Part shown: piece by piece, positions 26,012 through 34,712 of the stretch | Layout: every line of letters starts with the position of its first letter | How positions within the stretch are numbered: position 1 is the first letter of the stretch | Source of the DNA: Bacteroidales bacterium | GTDB taxonomy: Bacteria; Bacteroidota; Bacteroidia; Bacteroidales; VadinHA17 | DNA: 48,294 nt | NCBI GenBank assembly: GCA_025454775.1 | Contig: JALONU010000012.1 | Coordinates: 1-48,294 of the forward strand | Direction: 5' to 3' | Notes under the pieces: model-generated | Told to the model about the DNA's origin: nothing | Database searches by the model: none | What the model saw: only the letters and a program-made list of their open reading frames with translations | Program-made: the position numbers and the translations under genes

Positions 26012-26332
26012 ATGGATGCAGAGGAAAAACTCGAAATAGAAACCAGGATAGTGGGTGTTCTGAAAAGCATCTTTGATCCTGAGATCCCGGTGAACATTTA
26101 TGACCTGGGACTTATCTACAACATTGAAATAGACGATGAGAGCATTGCTCATATCACGATGACACTGACAGCACCCAACTGCCCGATGGCCGATCAGCTC
26201 ATCGAGGAGGTGAAGTACAAGGTCGGAGGCACCAGGGGGGTGAAAGACATCGATCTGAAGCTTACTTTCACCCCTCGATGGGATAAAAGCATGCTCAGCG
26301 ATGAGGCAAAACTGGAACTTGGATTCCTGTAA
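26012..26332 (+). CDS. DUF59 (MIP18/SufT-like) Fe-S assembly protein
   Basis: The track ORF begins at 25880 inside the intergenic palindrome. The ATG at 26012 (MDAEEKLE...) gives a ~106-aa DUF59 protein with DPEIPVNIYDLGLIY and TLTAPNCPMA. Confidence 0.85.
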   Translation: MDAEEKLEIETRIVGVLKSIFDPEIPVNIYDLGLIYNIEIDDESIAHITMTLTAPNCPMADQLIEEVKYKVGGTRGVKDIDLKLTFTPRWDKSMLSDEAKLELGFL

Positions 26333-26337
26333 AATAA

Positions 26338-27294
26338 ATGTCAATGGGAGACGACCTGAAAATCCTGTCGGAAAAGATTAAACAGAAAGCCCTCGCCCTG
26401 GGTTTTGACATCTGCGGGACCGCCAAAGCACGTCATCTTTCGGAACAGGAGCTTCATTTCAGGGCCTGGCTTGGGAAAGGGATGAACGACAGGATGGCTT
26501 ACCTCGAGAGGGACCCGGCCGGCAGGTTCAATCCCGAACTGGTTTTCTCCGGGGTTAAATCGCTGATAGTGGCAGGAATAAGCTATTATTCCGAACAGGG
26601 GCAGGTTGAAAGGGATGTTCCTGTTCTCACGCGTTATGCCTATGGTGAGGATTATCACGATGTTATAATTCCGAAACTCCGGAAATTGCTCAGCTTTATC
26701 AGAGAAAAGGTCCCGGGAGCTGAAGGCAGGGCTTTCTCAGATACAGGGTTCCTTCATGAGAAATCATGGATAGTTGAAGCAGGACTGGGATGGCAGGGAA
26801 AACATTCCATAATGATAAACCCGCAGATTGGTTCCTACTTCTTTATAGGCATTCTGATGGTCAATATCGAACTTGACTATGACGATCCCTTCACCAGAGA
26901 TCGATGCGGTTCCTGCAGACTCTGCATCGATTCGTGTCCCACGGCTGCCATAAATGAAGACAGGACAATAGATGCCAGGAAATGCATTTCAAACCTGACG
27001 ATCGAAAACAGGGGTCCTATTCCGGAGGAGATAGTACCGAAGCTCGGCGGAAGGGTCTATGGTTGTGACAGGTGCCAGGAAGTCTGTCCCTGGAATAAAG
27101 GCATCAAACCTCACAATCATCCTGAATTCAGGATAAGCGAAGCAGTTGCATCCATGACACGAAAAGACTGGGAGTCAATCACAGAGGACCGGTTCAAGAG
27201 TCTCTTCGGAAGAACGGCGGTTGTAAGGGTCAAATTCCCTGACTTCAGGCGGAATATCGTAGATGCGTTCCGTTCCATGGGAACATCCGGTTAA
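26338..27294 (+). CDS. queG: tRNA epoxyqueuosine(34) reductase
   Basis: 318 aa. Two ferredoxin-type clusters, CGSCRLCIDSCP and CDRCQEVCPWN, within the QueG-typical context. Confidence 0.88.
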   Translation: MSMGDDLKILSEKIKQKALALGFDICGTAKARHLSEQELHFRAWLGKGMNDRMAYLERDPAGRFNPELVFSGVKSLIVAGISYYSEQGQVERDVPVLTRYAYGEDYHDVIIPKLRKLLSFIREKVPGAEGRAFSDTGFLHEKSWIVEAGLGWQGKHSIMINPQIGSYFFIGILMVNIELDYDDPFTRDRCGSCRLCIDSCPTAAINEDRTIDARKCISNLTIENRGPIPEEIVPKLGGRVYGCDRCQEVCPWNKGIKPHNHPEFRISEAVASMTRKDWESITEDRFKSLFGRTAVVRVKFPDFRRNIVDAFRSMGTSG

Positions 27295-27698
27295 GGTTCG
27301 CCCAGTATTGTAACGACAACTTCCCTCTGGTTCCTCGGTCCGTCGAATTCACACAGAAAGATATTCTGCCACCTGGAGAGCCCTGCGCTGCCGTCAACAA
27401 TTGGGATTGTTTCCGAAGCCCCGACAATGCCTGCCTTGAGGTGTGCATCACCGTTATTGTCCTGGTGATCATGTTCCCATATACCCGAAGGTATAAGCCT
27501 GCCAAGTAGAGTTAAAACGTCATTCTGCACCGATTCATCCCAGTTCTCCTGGATCATTATGGCGGCAGTCGAACCCCTTGCGTATACTGAAGCAATACCT
27601 GTCCTTGTCCGGCTTTCCTTTATCACTTCCACAACTTTATTCGTGATATCGTATAATCCGTTCTTTTTGTCGGTTCTGATATTCAGTATCTTTTGCAT
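27291..27698 (-). CDS. yjbQ: YjbQ/UPF0047 family protein (secondary thiamine-phosphate synthase-like)
   Basis: 135 aa with the UPF0047 pattern (GLYDIT, TAAIMIQENWD, GDAHLKA, WQNIFLCEFDGPR). Its stop codon overlaps the queG stop within TTAA at 27291-27294. Confidence 0.85.
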   Translation of the reverse strand: MQKILNIRTDKKNGLYDITNKVVEVIKESRTRTGIASVYARGSTAAIMIQENWDESVQNDVLTLLGRLIPSGIWEHDHQDNNGDAHLKAGIVGASETIPIVDGSAGLSRWQNIFLCEFDGPRNQREVVVTILGEP

Positions 27699-27777
27699 AC
27701 CGGTTGATAGTTAAATTACTATTTTATTTTGTTACCTTTCTGATATTCAAACGTCTTAAGTAAAGATAACTATAACC

Positions 27778-28827
27778 ATGAAAGCAAAATCACTGAAGTA
27801 TGCAGTTTCTTTTGTTGTTTTTTTCATCGTATCATGCGATGAACCTGAAACAGTGGTTACCAACATTGTGCATCCCGACGGATCGATTACAAGGAAGATT
27901 GAAATGAGGAACATCCAGGATAATTTTGAGATCCGGGATGTACAGGTGCCCTACGACAGTACATGGACGGTCAGGGATTCCATTGCTACTGACGGGGGAG
28001 AAGATACGCTCTGGTTCAGAATGGCTGAGAAAACTTTCCGGACTGCTGAAGAACTAAACCAGACATATATCAGCGACAGCAGTGGGAACCGTGAAGCCCG
28101 CAGGAGAACTGAATTTAAAAAGTCATTCAAATGGTTTAATACCGGGTACAGGTTCGCAGAGATACTTGAAAGAAGACTGGAACACGGTTATCCGTTGTCG
28201 GAATACCTTGACAGTGAAGAGTTGAAATGGTTCTTTACCCCCGATAATATTTCTGATGAATTGAAAAATGGCCCCGACAGCCTTAAATACAGGGCTATGG
28301 ATGATACCATACAGAAAAAGACTGATAAATGGATAATGAGATGCCTGGCTTCGGAATGGTCGGCTGAATTTGTTAGGCTGACTGAAGGAAAAGCAGGCCC
28401 GGAGCTCTCTCAGGAATCACTTAAATCACGTGAAAATGAGCTGATCAGCCTGATTGAGAGATCCGGACGCGATCTTGACTCCCTCTGGAATAACGGGATT
28501 ATACAAAACGAATTTCTTGGCATGGAGTACGGGCAGAAGTTCCGGACTGAAGCAGATTCCGCAGCAGGCACCGTAGCCGAAAAACTCTTTTTTAATTTCG
28601 ATGATTATTCACTCAGGATCATAATGCCCGGGGAACTTACCGGTTCCAACGGATTTGCTGACTCAGCAGGAGTGATGCAATGGAGGGTCAGGTCAGATTT
28701 CTTCATTACCGAACCTTATGTCATGTGGGCTGAATCAAAAACACCAAATAAGTGGGCATGGATCGTGACAGGAATATTTGTGTTGTTCGTCCTTACAGGC
28801 ATAATGTTCAGATCTTTAAGAAGATAA
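27778..28827 (+). CDS. Hypothetical protein: lipoprotein-type signal plus C-terminal TM anchor
   Basis: 349 aa. N-terminus MKAKSLKYAVSFVVFFIVSC (lipobox-like). C-terminal hydrophobic helix WAWIVTGIFVLFVLTGIMF followed by RSLRR. I recognise no family. Confidence 0.6.
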   Translation: MKAKSLKYAVSFVVFFIVSCDEPETVVTNIVHPDGSITRKIEMRNIQDNFEIRDVQVPYDSTWTVRDSIATDGGEDTLWFRMAEKTFRTAEELNQTYISDSSGNREARRRTEFKKSFKWFNTGYRFAEILERRLEHGYPLSEYLDSEELKWFFTPDNISDELKNGPDSLKYRAMDDTIQKKTDKWIMRCLASEWSAEFVRLTEGKAGPELSQESLKSRENELISLIERSGRDLDSLWNNGIIQNEFLGMEYGQKFRTEADSAAGTVAEKLFFNFDDYSLRIIMPGELTGSNGFADSAGVMQWRVRSDFFITEPYVMWAESKTPNKWAWIVTGIFVLFVLTGIMFRSLRR

Positions 28828-28833
28828 AATAAA

Positions 28834-28860
28834 ACAGGAGCGTCAAACTGACGCCCCTGT
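28834..28860. terminator. Hairpin between the convergent genes 27778..28827 and 28898..29404
   Basis: ACAGGAGCGTCA / TGACGCCCCTGT forms a 12-bp stem with one mismatch and a 3-nt loop. The T-rich run lies on the minus-strand side (complement of AAGATAAAATAAAA). Confidence 0.55.
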
Positions 28861-28897
28861 CTCACCCTAAAAACCAAACCTGATCAAAAACGAATAA

Positions 28898-29404
28898 TTA
28901 TCTGACGTAATCCTTGAGGATAAGCATCAGCTTCTGTCGTGTGAAGAATATTCTGCTCTTTACCGTCCCTATCTTTAAACCCAGTTCGTCGGCTATTTCC
29001 TTGTATTTATATCCTTCAATATGCATTCTGAACGGGATCCTGAATTCATCCTCGAGGGAGTCGATGGCTTTTTCTATCTCATTCTCGGAATAACTCGACT
29101 CGGGAGAAATGAATCCCTTGTCCTGGGGCTGGTTTATATAATACAGATCCTGAGTTCCGTCGATTATGGTATTCTCCTTAACACCTCTCCTGTAGTTATT
29201 GATAAATGTGTTCTTCATTATCGTGAACACCCACGCTTTAAGGTTTGTGTAGTCGGTGAATTTTTCCTTGTTGGTTATTGCCTTCAGGAAAGTGTCCTGC
29301 ACCAGGTCGAGTGCATCATCGCGGTCTGAAGTCAGGCTCATCGCGAACCTCTGAAGGTTCGGCTTCATTCCTATAAGCTTGCTGGTGAATTCATATGTTG
29401 TCAT
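28898..29404 (-). CDS. ECF-type sigma-70 family RNA polymerase sigma factor
   Basis: 168 aa. Region 2 (DDALDLVQDTFLKA, KAWVFTIMKNTFINNYRR) and region 4 HTH (YKEIADELGLKIGTVKSRIFFTRQKL). No adjacent anti-sigma gene. Confidence 0.88.
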   Translation of the reverse strand: MTTYEFTSKLIGMKPNLQRFAMSLTSDRDDALDLVQDTFLKAITNKEKFTDYTNLKAWVFTIMKNTFINNYRRGVKENTIIDGTQDLYYINQPQDKGFISPESSYSENEIEKAIDSLEDEFRIPFRMHIEGYKYKEIADELGLKIGTVKSRIFFTRQKLMLILKDYVR

Positions 29405-29430
29405 TGCTCTCGTCTCTTTAGTTGGTAATG

Positions 29431-29438
29431 CAAATGTA
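29431..29438 (-). promoter_or_regulatory. -7 promoter box (TACATTTG on the minus strand) for the ECF sigma gene
   Basis: Plus strand reads CAAATGTA. It lies 26 nt upstream of the start at 29404. Confidence 0.45.
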
Positions 29439-29675
29439 AATCAATAATAAAAGATATGCAAATCTTAATATCTTAAAATCCCCGTAATTTAAACCTGTTC
29501 TAAATAATGTTAAGAGCTAATAAACAGATATACAGTGTTTTGAAAGTTTATTTGATGCCAGTTTCCAAATTAAATACAAATATTAAAATCCCCCATATTC
29601 ATTCCTGATACCGGTTTTTATAAGTAGATTCCCGGGTATCCGTGAACAACTTTTTTTAGTATTTTTAAAGAAAAA

Positions 29676-30497
29676 ATGGAGTACAGCATTGTTCTTAAGA
29701 ACGGGATGGTGCTCAGGGGTGTTATTTCCGCTCCCGGAGGCATTCCGAAGGCTTTTATCCTTTTTGTCCATGGGCTGGGCGAGCATATAGGCAGATACGA
29801 CCACTGGACTTCTTACCTGAGAAGCAGCGGAATAGGATTTACGGGAGTCGACCTGCCTGGTCACGGCCGGTCCGATGGAGCCCGAGGCCATATCGGAAGC
29901 TATGCCCTTACCGATGAGATGATAGGCATCCTGAATGAACATATCTGCAAGACTTTCCCTGGAATACCGGTATTTATATATGGCCATAGCCTCGGCGGGG
30001 GAATTGTCCTCGATCATCTGGTCCGTCGCAAGCCGTCATTCCGGGGTGCAATAGTAACTTCACCATGGATAAAGCTGGCCTTCCAGCCGAGCAGGTTCAA
30101 AATCCTGCTGGCAGGTACTATGAGACACATTTTACCAGGACTGACACAGCCTTCAGGACTGGTAGTGGATCATATTTCACACGACAGTGAAGTTGTTCAG
30201 AGATACAATTCCGACCCGCTGGTCCACGACAGGATATCAGTCAGCCTCTTTCACAATGCAATGAACGCAGCTGCCGGCGCTCTCCGCAATGCCCGTCAGC
30301 TTGAGATCCCGCTGCTTCTGATGCATGGAAGCAGCGACATGATCTGCTCTCCTGAAGGAAGCCTTGAAATTGCTTCCGCAACTGACAGAGCAGAACTTAA
30401 AATTTGGGACGGAGGTTACCACGAGCTTCATAATGAACTATTCAAAGAAGATGTGTTCAGTTATCTCCTCAACTGGATGACCAAACAACTCATCTGA
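29676..30497 (+). CDS. Alpha/beta hydrolase (lysophospholipase / monoacylglycerol-lipase-like)
   Basis: 273 aa. Motifs FVHGLGEHIGRY, nucleophile elbow GHSLGG, and a late HGSSD...HE acid/His region. Confidence 0.8.
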   Translation: MEYSIVLKNGMVLRGVISAPGGIPKAFILFVHGLGEHIGRYDHWTSYLRSSGIGFTGVDLPGHGRSDGARGHIGSYALTDEMIGILNEHICKTFPGIPVFIYGHSLGGGIVLDHLVRRKPSFRGAIVTSPWIKLAFQPSRFKILLAGTMRHILPGLTQPSGLVVDHISHDSEVVQRYNSDPLVHDRISVSLFHNAMNAAAGALRNARQLEIPLLLMHGSSDMICSPEGSLEIASATDRAELKIWDGGYHELHNELFKEDVFSYLLNWMTKQLI

Positions 30498-30502
30498 ACC
30501 GG

Positions 30503-31489
30503 ATGGATCTCAGAACGATTGTAAAAACCGATCTTTCGCCCTTCAGGATCTCATACAGGAATCCGGTCTTGTTCCTGGGATCTTGTTTCGCCGCATATAT
30601 AGGGGAGCGGATGAAGAACGGGAAAATGCCGGTTTGCATTAATCCATCAGGTACGGTATATAACCCGGTTTCGGTGGACAATACCCTGGAAATGATCACC
30701 TCCGGCAGAAAACTCCTGATGGCGGATCTTTACAATCATAACGGGAACTGGCTGAGTTTCGATCATTACACGGAGTTTTCATCCGAAAACCCTGACGAAG
30801 TCCTGGAAAGGATAAATACCAGGACCGCTGAAGCATCAGCATTCCTTTCCGGTCAGGGATTCCTCTTTATAACATTCGGCACGGCAAGAGTATACAGGTG
30901 GAAGAGAACAGGGAAGGTCGTTTCCAACTGCCACAGGATACCAGCTGCGGAATTCAGCAGCGAGCTTCTGCCGGTTGAGGATATAGTAGCAACGTGGAAC
31001 AAGAGGCTCGACATGCTCGCTTCGAACTTTCCGGGGCTGAAGGTAGTCTTTACGATAAGTCCGGTAAGGCATTGGAAGGACGGGGCTCATGGCAACCAGG
31101 TAAGCAAGTCGGTTTTGTTCCTGGCTACCGAAAAGCTGCTGGCTCATCCCTCATCACCGGCATATTTCCCTGCCTATGAGATCCTTATGGATGACCTGCG
31201 CGACTACCGCTTCTACGACAACGACATGCTGCACCCTTCAGGGCAGGCTGTTGATTATATCTGGAATGTCTTTGCCGAAAGTTATATGGATGAGAAAACA
31301 AGACAGCAATGGAAGGAGATCTCTTCAGTAACACGCGCAATGGAACACAGGATAAACACGTCATCATCCGCCGGGGTCAGGAAGTTCGTGGCAGGCATGC
31401 TCTCAAAAATTGACTCGATCGGGCAGAAATATCCCGGCACAGACCTGAGTGCCGAGCGGGCCTGGTTCAACGGTCTCATCGGGCATTAG
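30503..31489 (+). CDS. GSCFA domain-containing protein
   Basis: 328 aa. Contains the literal family motif in VLFLGSCFAAYIGE. It starts 5 nt after the hydrolase gene. Confidence 0.8.
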   Translation: MDLRTIVKTDLSPFRISYRNPVLFLGSCFAAYIGERMKNGKMPVCINPSGTVYNPVSVDNTLEMITSGRKLLMADLYNHNGNWLSFDHYTEFSSENPDEVLERINTRTAEASAFLSGQGFLFITFGTARVYRWKRTGKVVSNCHRIPAAEFSSELLPVEDIVATWNKRLDMLASNFPGLKVVFTISPVRHWKDGAHGNQVSKSVLFLATEKLLAHPSSPAYFPAYEILMDDLRDYRFYDNDMLHPSGQAVDYIWNVFAESYMDEKTRQQWKEISSVTRAMEHRINTSSSAGVRKFVAGMLSKIDSIGQKYPGTDLSAERAWFNGLIGH

Positions 31490-31512
31490 ATCAAAAAATC
31501 TCCGGAACTTTA

Positions 31513-31536
31513 AACAATCCCCGGTTCCGGATTGTT
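31513..31536 (+). other. Hairpin after the GSCFA gene (weak terminator candidate)
   Basis: AACAATCC (31513-31520) / GGATTGTT (31529-31536) forms a perfect 8-bp stem. No T tract follows it. Confidence 0.35.
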
Positions 31537-31559
31537 CTTAAGGCAAATTTCAGGGTTTT

Positions 31560-33956
31560 ATGAGACGTTTATATATTTTACTTCTCCTTGCCGCAATTGT
31601 GATCTACCCGCTTACGGGACAAACGAATTCGGGTGTGATCAAAGGCAGGGTTTACAATTTAAAGACAAACGAAGGAGTTCCCTTTGCCACCATACAGATC
31701 TGGGGCACCACCACCGGAGCCGTTTCCGACTTTGACGGCAACTTCATGTTTACGGGGGTCAAGCCCGGGTACGTTGAACTGAGAGTCTCTTCAGTAGGTT
31801 ATAATCCTTATATTTCCTCGGCTCTGCTGGTAACGAACAGTAATCCTGTGAATATCGAGATACCTCTTGAGGAACTTGCAATAAATGTCGGAGAAGTGGT
31901 TATAAAAGCTTCTCCTTTTATCAAGAAGGCGGAAACCCCGGTGTCGGTGAGAATAATCGGGATCGATGAGATAGAAAAGAACCCGGGCGGCAACCGCGAC
32001 ATCTCAAAGGTTATACAATCATTCCCGGGTGTTGCCTCAACTCCTGCATTCAGAAACGATGTGATAGTCAGGGGAGGAGGGCCTAATGAGAACAGGTTCT
32101 ATGTCGATAATGTCGAGATCCCGTACCTGAACCATTTCTCAACCCAGGGAGCTTCGGGAGGTCCCGTCGGCATTCTGAACGTCGATTTCGTCCAGTCTGT
32201 CGATTTCATATCAGGAGCCTTCCCTGCATCGAGGGGTAATGCGCTCAGCTCGGTCCTGAATTTTACCTTCCTCGACGGCAACAGGGAGAAGATGAAATAT
32301 CGTGCAACACTGGGAGCCTCCGACCTGGCTCTGACAATCGACGGCCCGACGGGAGAGAACAGTTCCTTCCTCTTTTCGGTAAGGAGATCTTACCTCAAGC
32401 TCCTTTTTACTGTGCTCGACCTTCCTTTTTTCCCAAACTACACCGACCTGCAGTTCAAATACAGGGTACGACTTGATGAGAAGAACGAACTAACCCTAAT
32501 CGGTCTCGGTGCCAAGGATGACTTTGAACTGAATCTTAAGGCAGATGATACTGAATATCAGCGATATCTGCTCGATAATATACCTGTCCAGGAACAATAC
32601 AGCTATACAACGGGGATCGTTTACAAGCATTTCATCAACAAGGGTTTTGATACCTGGGTACTGAGCAGGAATTACCTGAATAACACGCAGTACAAATATG
32701 CCGGAAATATAGAAGCTGACACGAACAGGCTTCTCGACTATTTCTCGGGAGAAGGTGAAATAAAACTGAGGTTCGAGAGGACCATAATAGGTGATAAAGG
32801 TCTGAGAGTCAATATCGGGGCAGGATCAGAATACGGACATTACAGGAATTCAACCTACAGGCTTTTCTATACCGGTGAAGGTGTGAACTCACTTGATTAT
32901 GAGACAAATCTGAAGGTTGGGAAATTTGGTATTTCCGGGCAGGTGAGCAACTCATACCTCGACCAGAAACTAAAACTTTCACTGGGTCTCCGGACGGACT
33001 TCAATACATATTCCTCTTCCATGTCGAATCCGCTCCGCCAGCTCTCCCCGAGGTTTTCTGCCTCCTATGCTCTTACCGAAAAGCTGAATATTAACTTCAA
33101 CATAGGCAGGTATTACCAGATCCCCCCATACACAGCGTTGGGCTATTCGACGGCAACGGAACAGTTTGTGAACAGGAACAACAACCTCAGGTATATAAGC
33201 TCCGACCACATAGTAGGTGGGATAGAACTGCTGCCGGGTGAGAACATTCAGCTTACCCTGGAAGGCTTTATGAAGTTGTATTCAAAGTATCCCTATTCGG
33301 TAAGGGATTCCGTTCCTCTCGGAAGCAAAAGCGCCGATTACGGAATTTTCGGGGATGAGGAACTGCTTTCGGTTTCGGATGGCAGGGCTTACGGCATTGA
33401 ACTGCTGGGAAGGCTTAAGGAGTTCAAAAAGACCAACCTGGTTTTCTCATACACCTTTGTCAGGAGTGAGTTCCGCGACCTCAATAATGCATGGCTTCCG
33501 TCATCATGGGACAACAGGCATCTTTTCAACGTTACGGCGACGAAGAAATTTAACCGGAACTGGGACCTGGGATTCAAATGGAGGTTCGTGGGAGGAGCAC
33601 CTTATACACCTTACGATGAAGAAAGATCGATGCTTAAGGCTGCATGGGATCTGCAGGGTCAGGGCTATCTTGATTACTCGAGGTTCAACAGCCAGAGGCT
33701 AAAGTCATTCCACCAGCTTGACATAAGGGTCGATAAGCAATACTTCTTCAGGGGCTGGTCGTTAATGCTTTACCTGGATATCCAGAATCTCTACAATCAC
33801 CAGGCCGATCAGCCTGCGATACTTCTACGCGACTCCGATCCTGTGACAGGCATCCCGCTTACAACCGGCACCAATCCGGTCAGGTATGTTAAGAAATATA
33901 TCGATGGCTCATCGGGAACCGTTCTGCCTTCAATCGGAATTATGGTCGAATTTTAA
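31560..33956 (+). CDS. TonB-dependent outer-membrane receptor with N-terminal carboxypeptidase-regulatory-like domain
   Basis: 798 aa. Signal peptide, then GVIKGRVYNLKTNEGVPFATIQIWGT...DGNFMFTGVKPGYVELRVSSVGY (CarboxypepD_reg pattern). A plug-like region (NRDISKVIQSFPGV...RGG) follows. Beta-barrel-type alternating sequence runs to a C-terminal aromatic residue (...MVEF). Confidence 0.8.
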   Translation: MRRLYILLLLAAIVIYPLTGQTNSGVIKGRVYNLKTNEGVPFATIQIWGTTTGAVSDFDGNFMFTGVKPGYVELRVSSVGYNPYISSALLVTNSNPVNIEIPLEELAINVGEVVIKASPFIKKAETPVSVRIIGIDEIEKNPGGNRDISKVIQSFPGVASTPAFRNDVIVRGGGPNENRFYVDNVEIPYLNHFSTQGASGGPVGILNVDFVQSVDFISGAFPASRGNALSSVLNFTFLDGNREKMKYRATLGASDLALTIDGPTGENSSFLFSVRRSYLKLLFTVLDLPFFPNYTDLQFKYRVRLDEKNELTLIGLGAKDDFELNLKADDTEYQRYLLDNIPVQEQYSYTTGIVYKHFINKGFDTWVLSRNYLNNTQYKYAGNIEADTNRLLDYFSGEGEIKLRFERTIIGDKGLRVNIGAGSEYGHYRNSTYRLFYTGEGVNSLDYETNLKVGKFGISGQVSNSYLDQKLKLSLGLRTDFNTYSSSMSNPLRQLSPRFSASYALTEKLNINFNIGRYYQIPPYTALGYSTATEQFVNRNNNLRYISSDHIVGGIELLPGENIQLTLEGFMKLYSKYPYSVRDSVPLGSKSADYGIFGDEELLSVSDGRAYGIELLGRLKEFKKTNLVFSYTFVRSEFRDLNNAWLPSSWDNRHLFNVTATKKFNRNWDLGFKWRFVGGAPYTPYDEERSMLKAAWDLQGQGYLDYSRFNSQRLKSFHQLDIRVDKQYFFRGWSLMLYLDIQNLYNHQADQPAILLRDSDPVTGIPLTTGTNPVRYVKKYIDGSSGTVLPSIGIMVEF

Positions 33957-33968
33957 TACAGTTAGGAA

Positions 33969-34712
33969 ATGAACAGAATTTTAATATCAGTCATAGCACT
34001 GGCTCTGGCCTCCTGCACCACAGGTTCCATGAAGAAGCAATCGCAGCTTCCTGAAGAAAAAACCACTATCGAAACAAATGCCGGCGGTCAGGGTCCGCAA
34101 ATAACTGTAGAGGTCAGCAGGGGTGAATCATTCTATTATCCTCTTTTTGCTATATGGATAGAAGATACTGACGGCAATTATATTCAGACGCTATATGTGG
34201 CCAGGTCGGTGGCAACAGGAGTTTTCAAATACGCCAGGCAGGAAGGGAACAGGTGGGTAAGCGAGGTAAAGAGAGCACCCCAGACCCTTCCCTACTGGGC
34301 TCATAAGAGAGGAGTCAGGGCTGCAGACGGGCTTTTCGTCCCCGATTCGGAAACTGTTGTTCCTGATGCATACACCGGTGCAACTCCCATAACGGGATTT
34401 GTTCTCAATACAAGAGCCGACGGCCCGCTTCCGGGGGAATTCAGGGTAATGCTGGAGATAAACCAGAACTGGGACTGGAACGAATATTGGACCAACGACA
34501 GGTTCCCCGGTGACGGGAATTACATGATGTCGTGCCAGCCGGCTCTTGTCTATGAGGCAGTGATTGATACTTCAGCCCCCTCGCGTGAATGGTTGATGAG
34601 ACCAATAGGACACAGCCATTATTCGGGAAAGACCGGTGAACTGTTCACCGACCTCAGCACAATAACCACTGCACTGAATATTGTCGCTTCGGCTCGCGTG
34701 AGGATCAGGTGA
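33969..34712 (+). CDS. Hypothetical lipoprotein, possibly DUF2271-like
   Basis: 247 aa. Signal and lipobox ALALASC. The segment YYPLFAIWIEDTDGNYIQTLYVA...LPYWAHKRG resembles my memory of the DUF2271 core (PYVAVWIED...). This is unverified. Confidence 0.45.
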   Translation: MNRILISVIALALASCTTGSMKKQSQLPEEKTTIETNAGGQGPQITVEVSRGESFYYPLFAIWIEDTDGNYIQTLYVARSVATGVFKYARQEGNRWVSEVKRAPQTLPYWAHKRGVRAADGLFVPDSETVVPDAYTGATPITGFVLNTRADGPLPGEFRVMLEINQNWDWNEYWTNDRFPGDGNYMMSCQPALVYEAVIDTSAPSREWLMRPIGHSHYSGKTGELFTDLSTITTALNIVASARVRIR

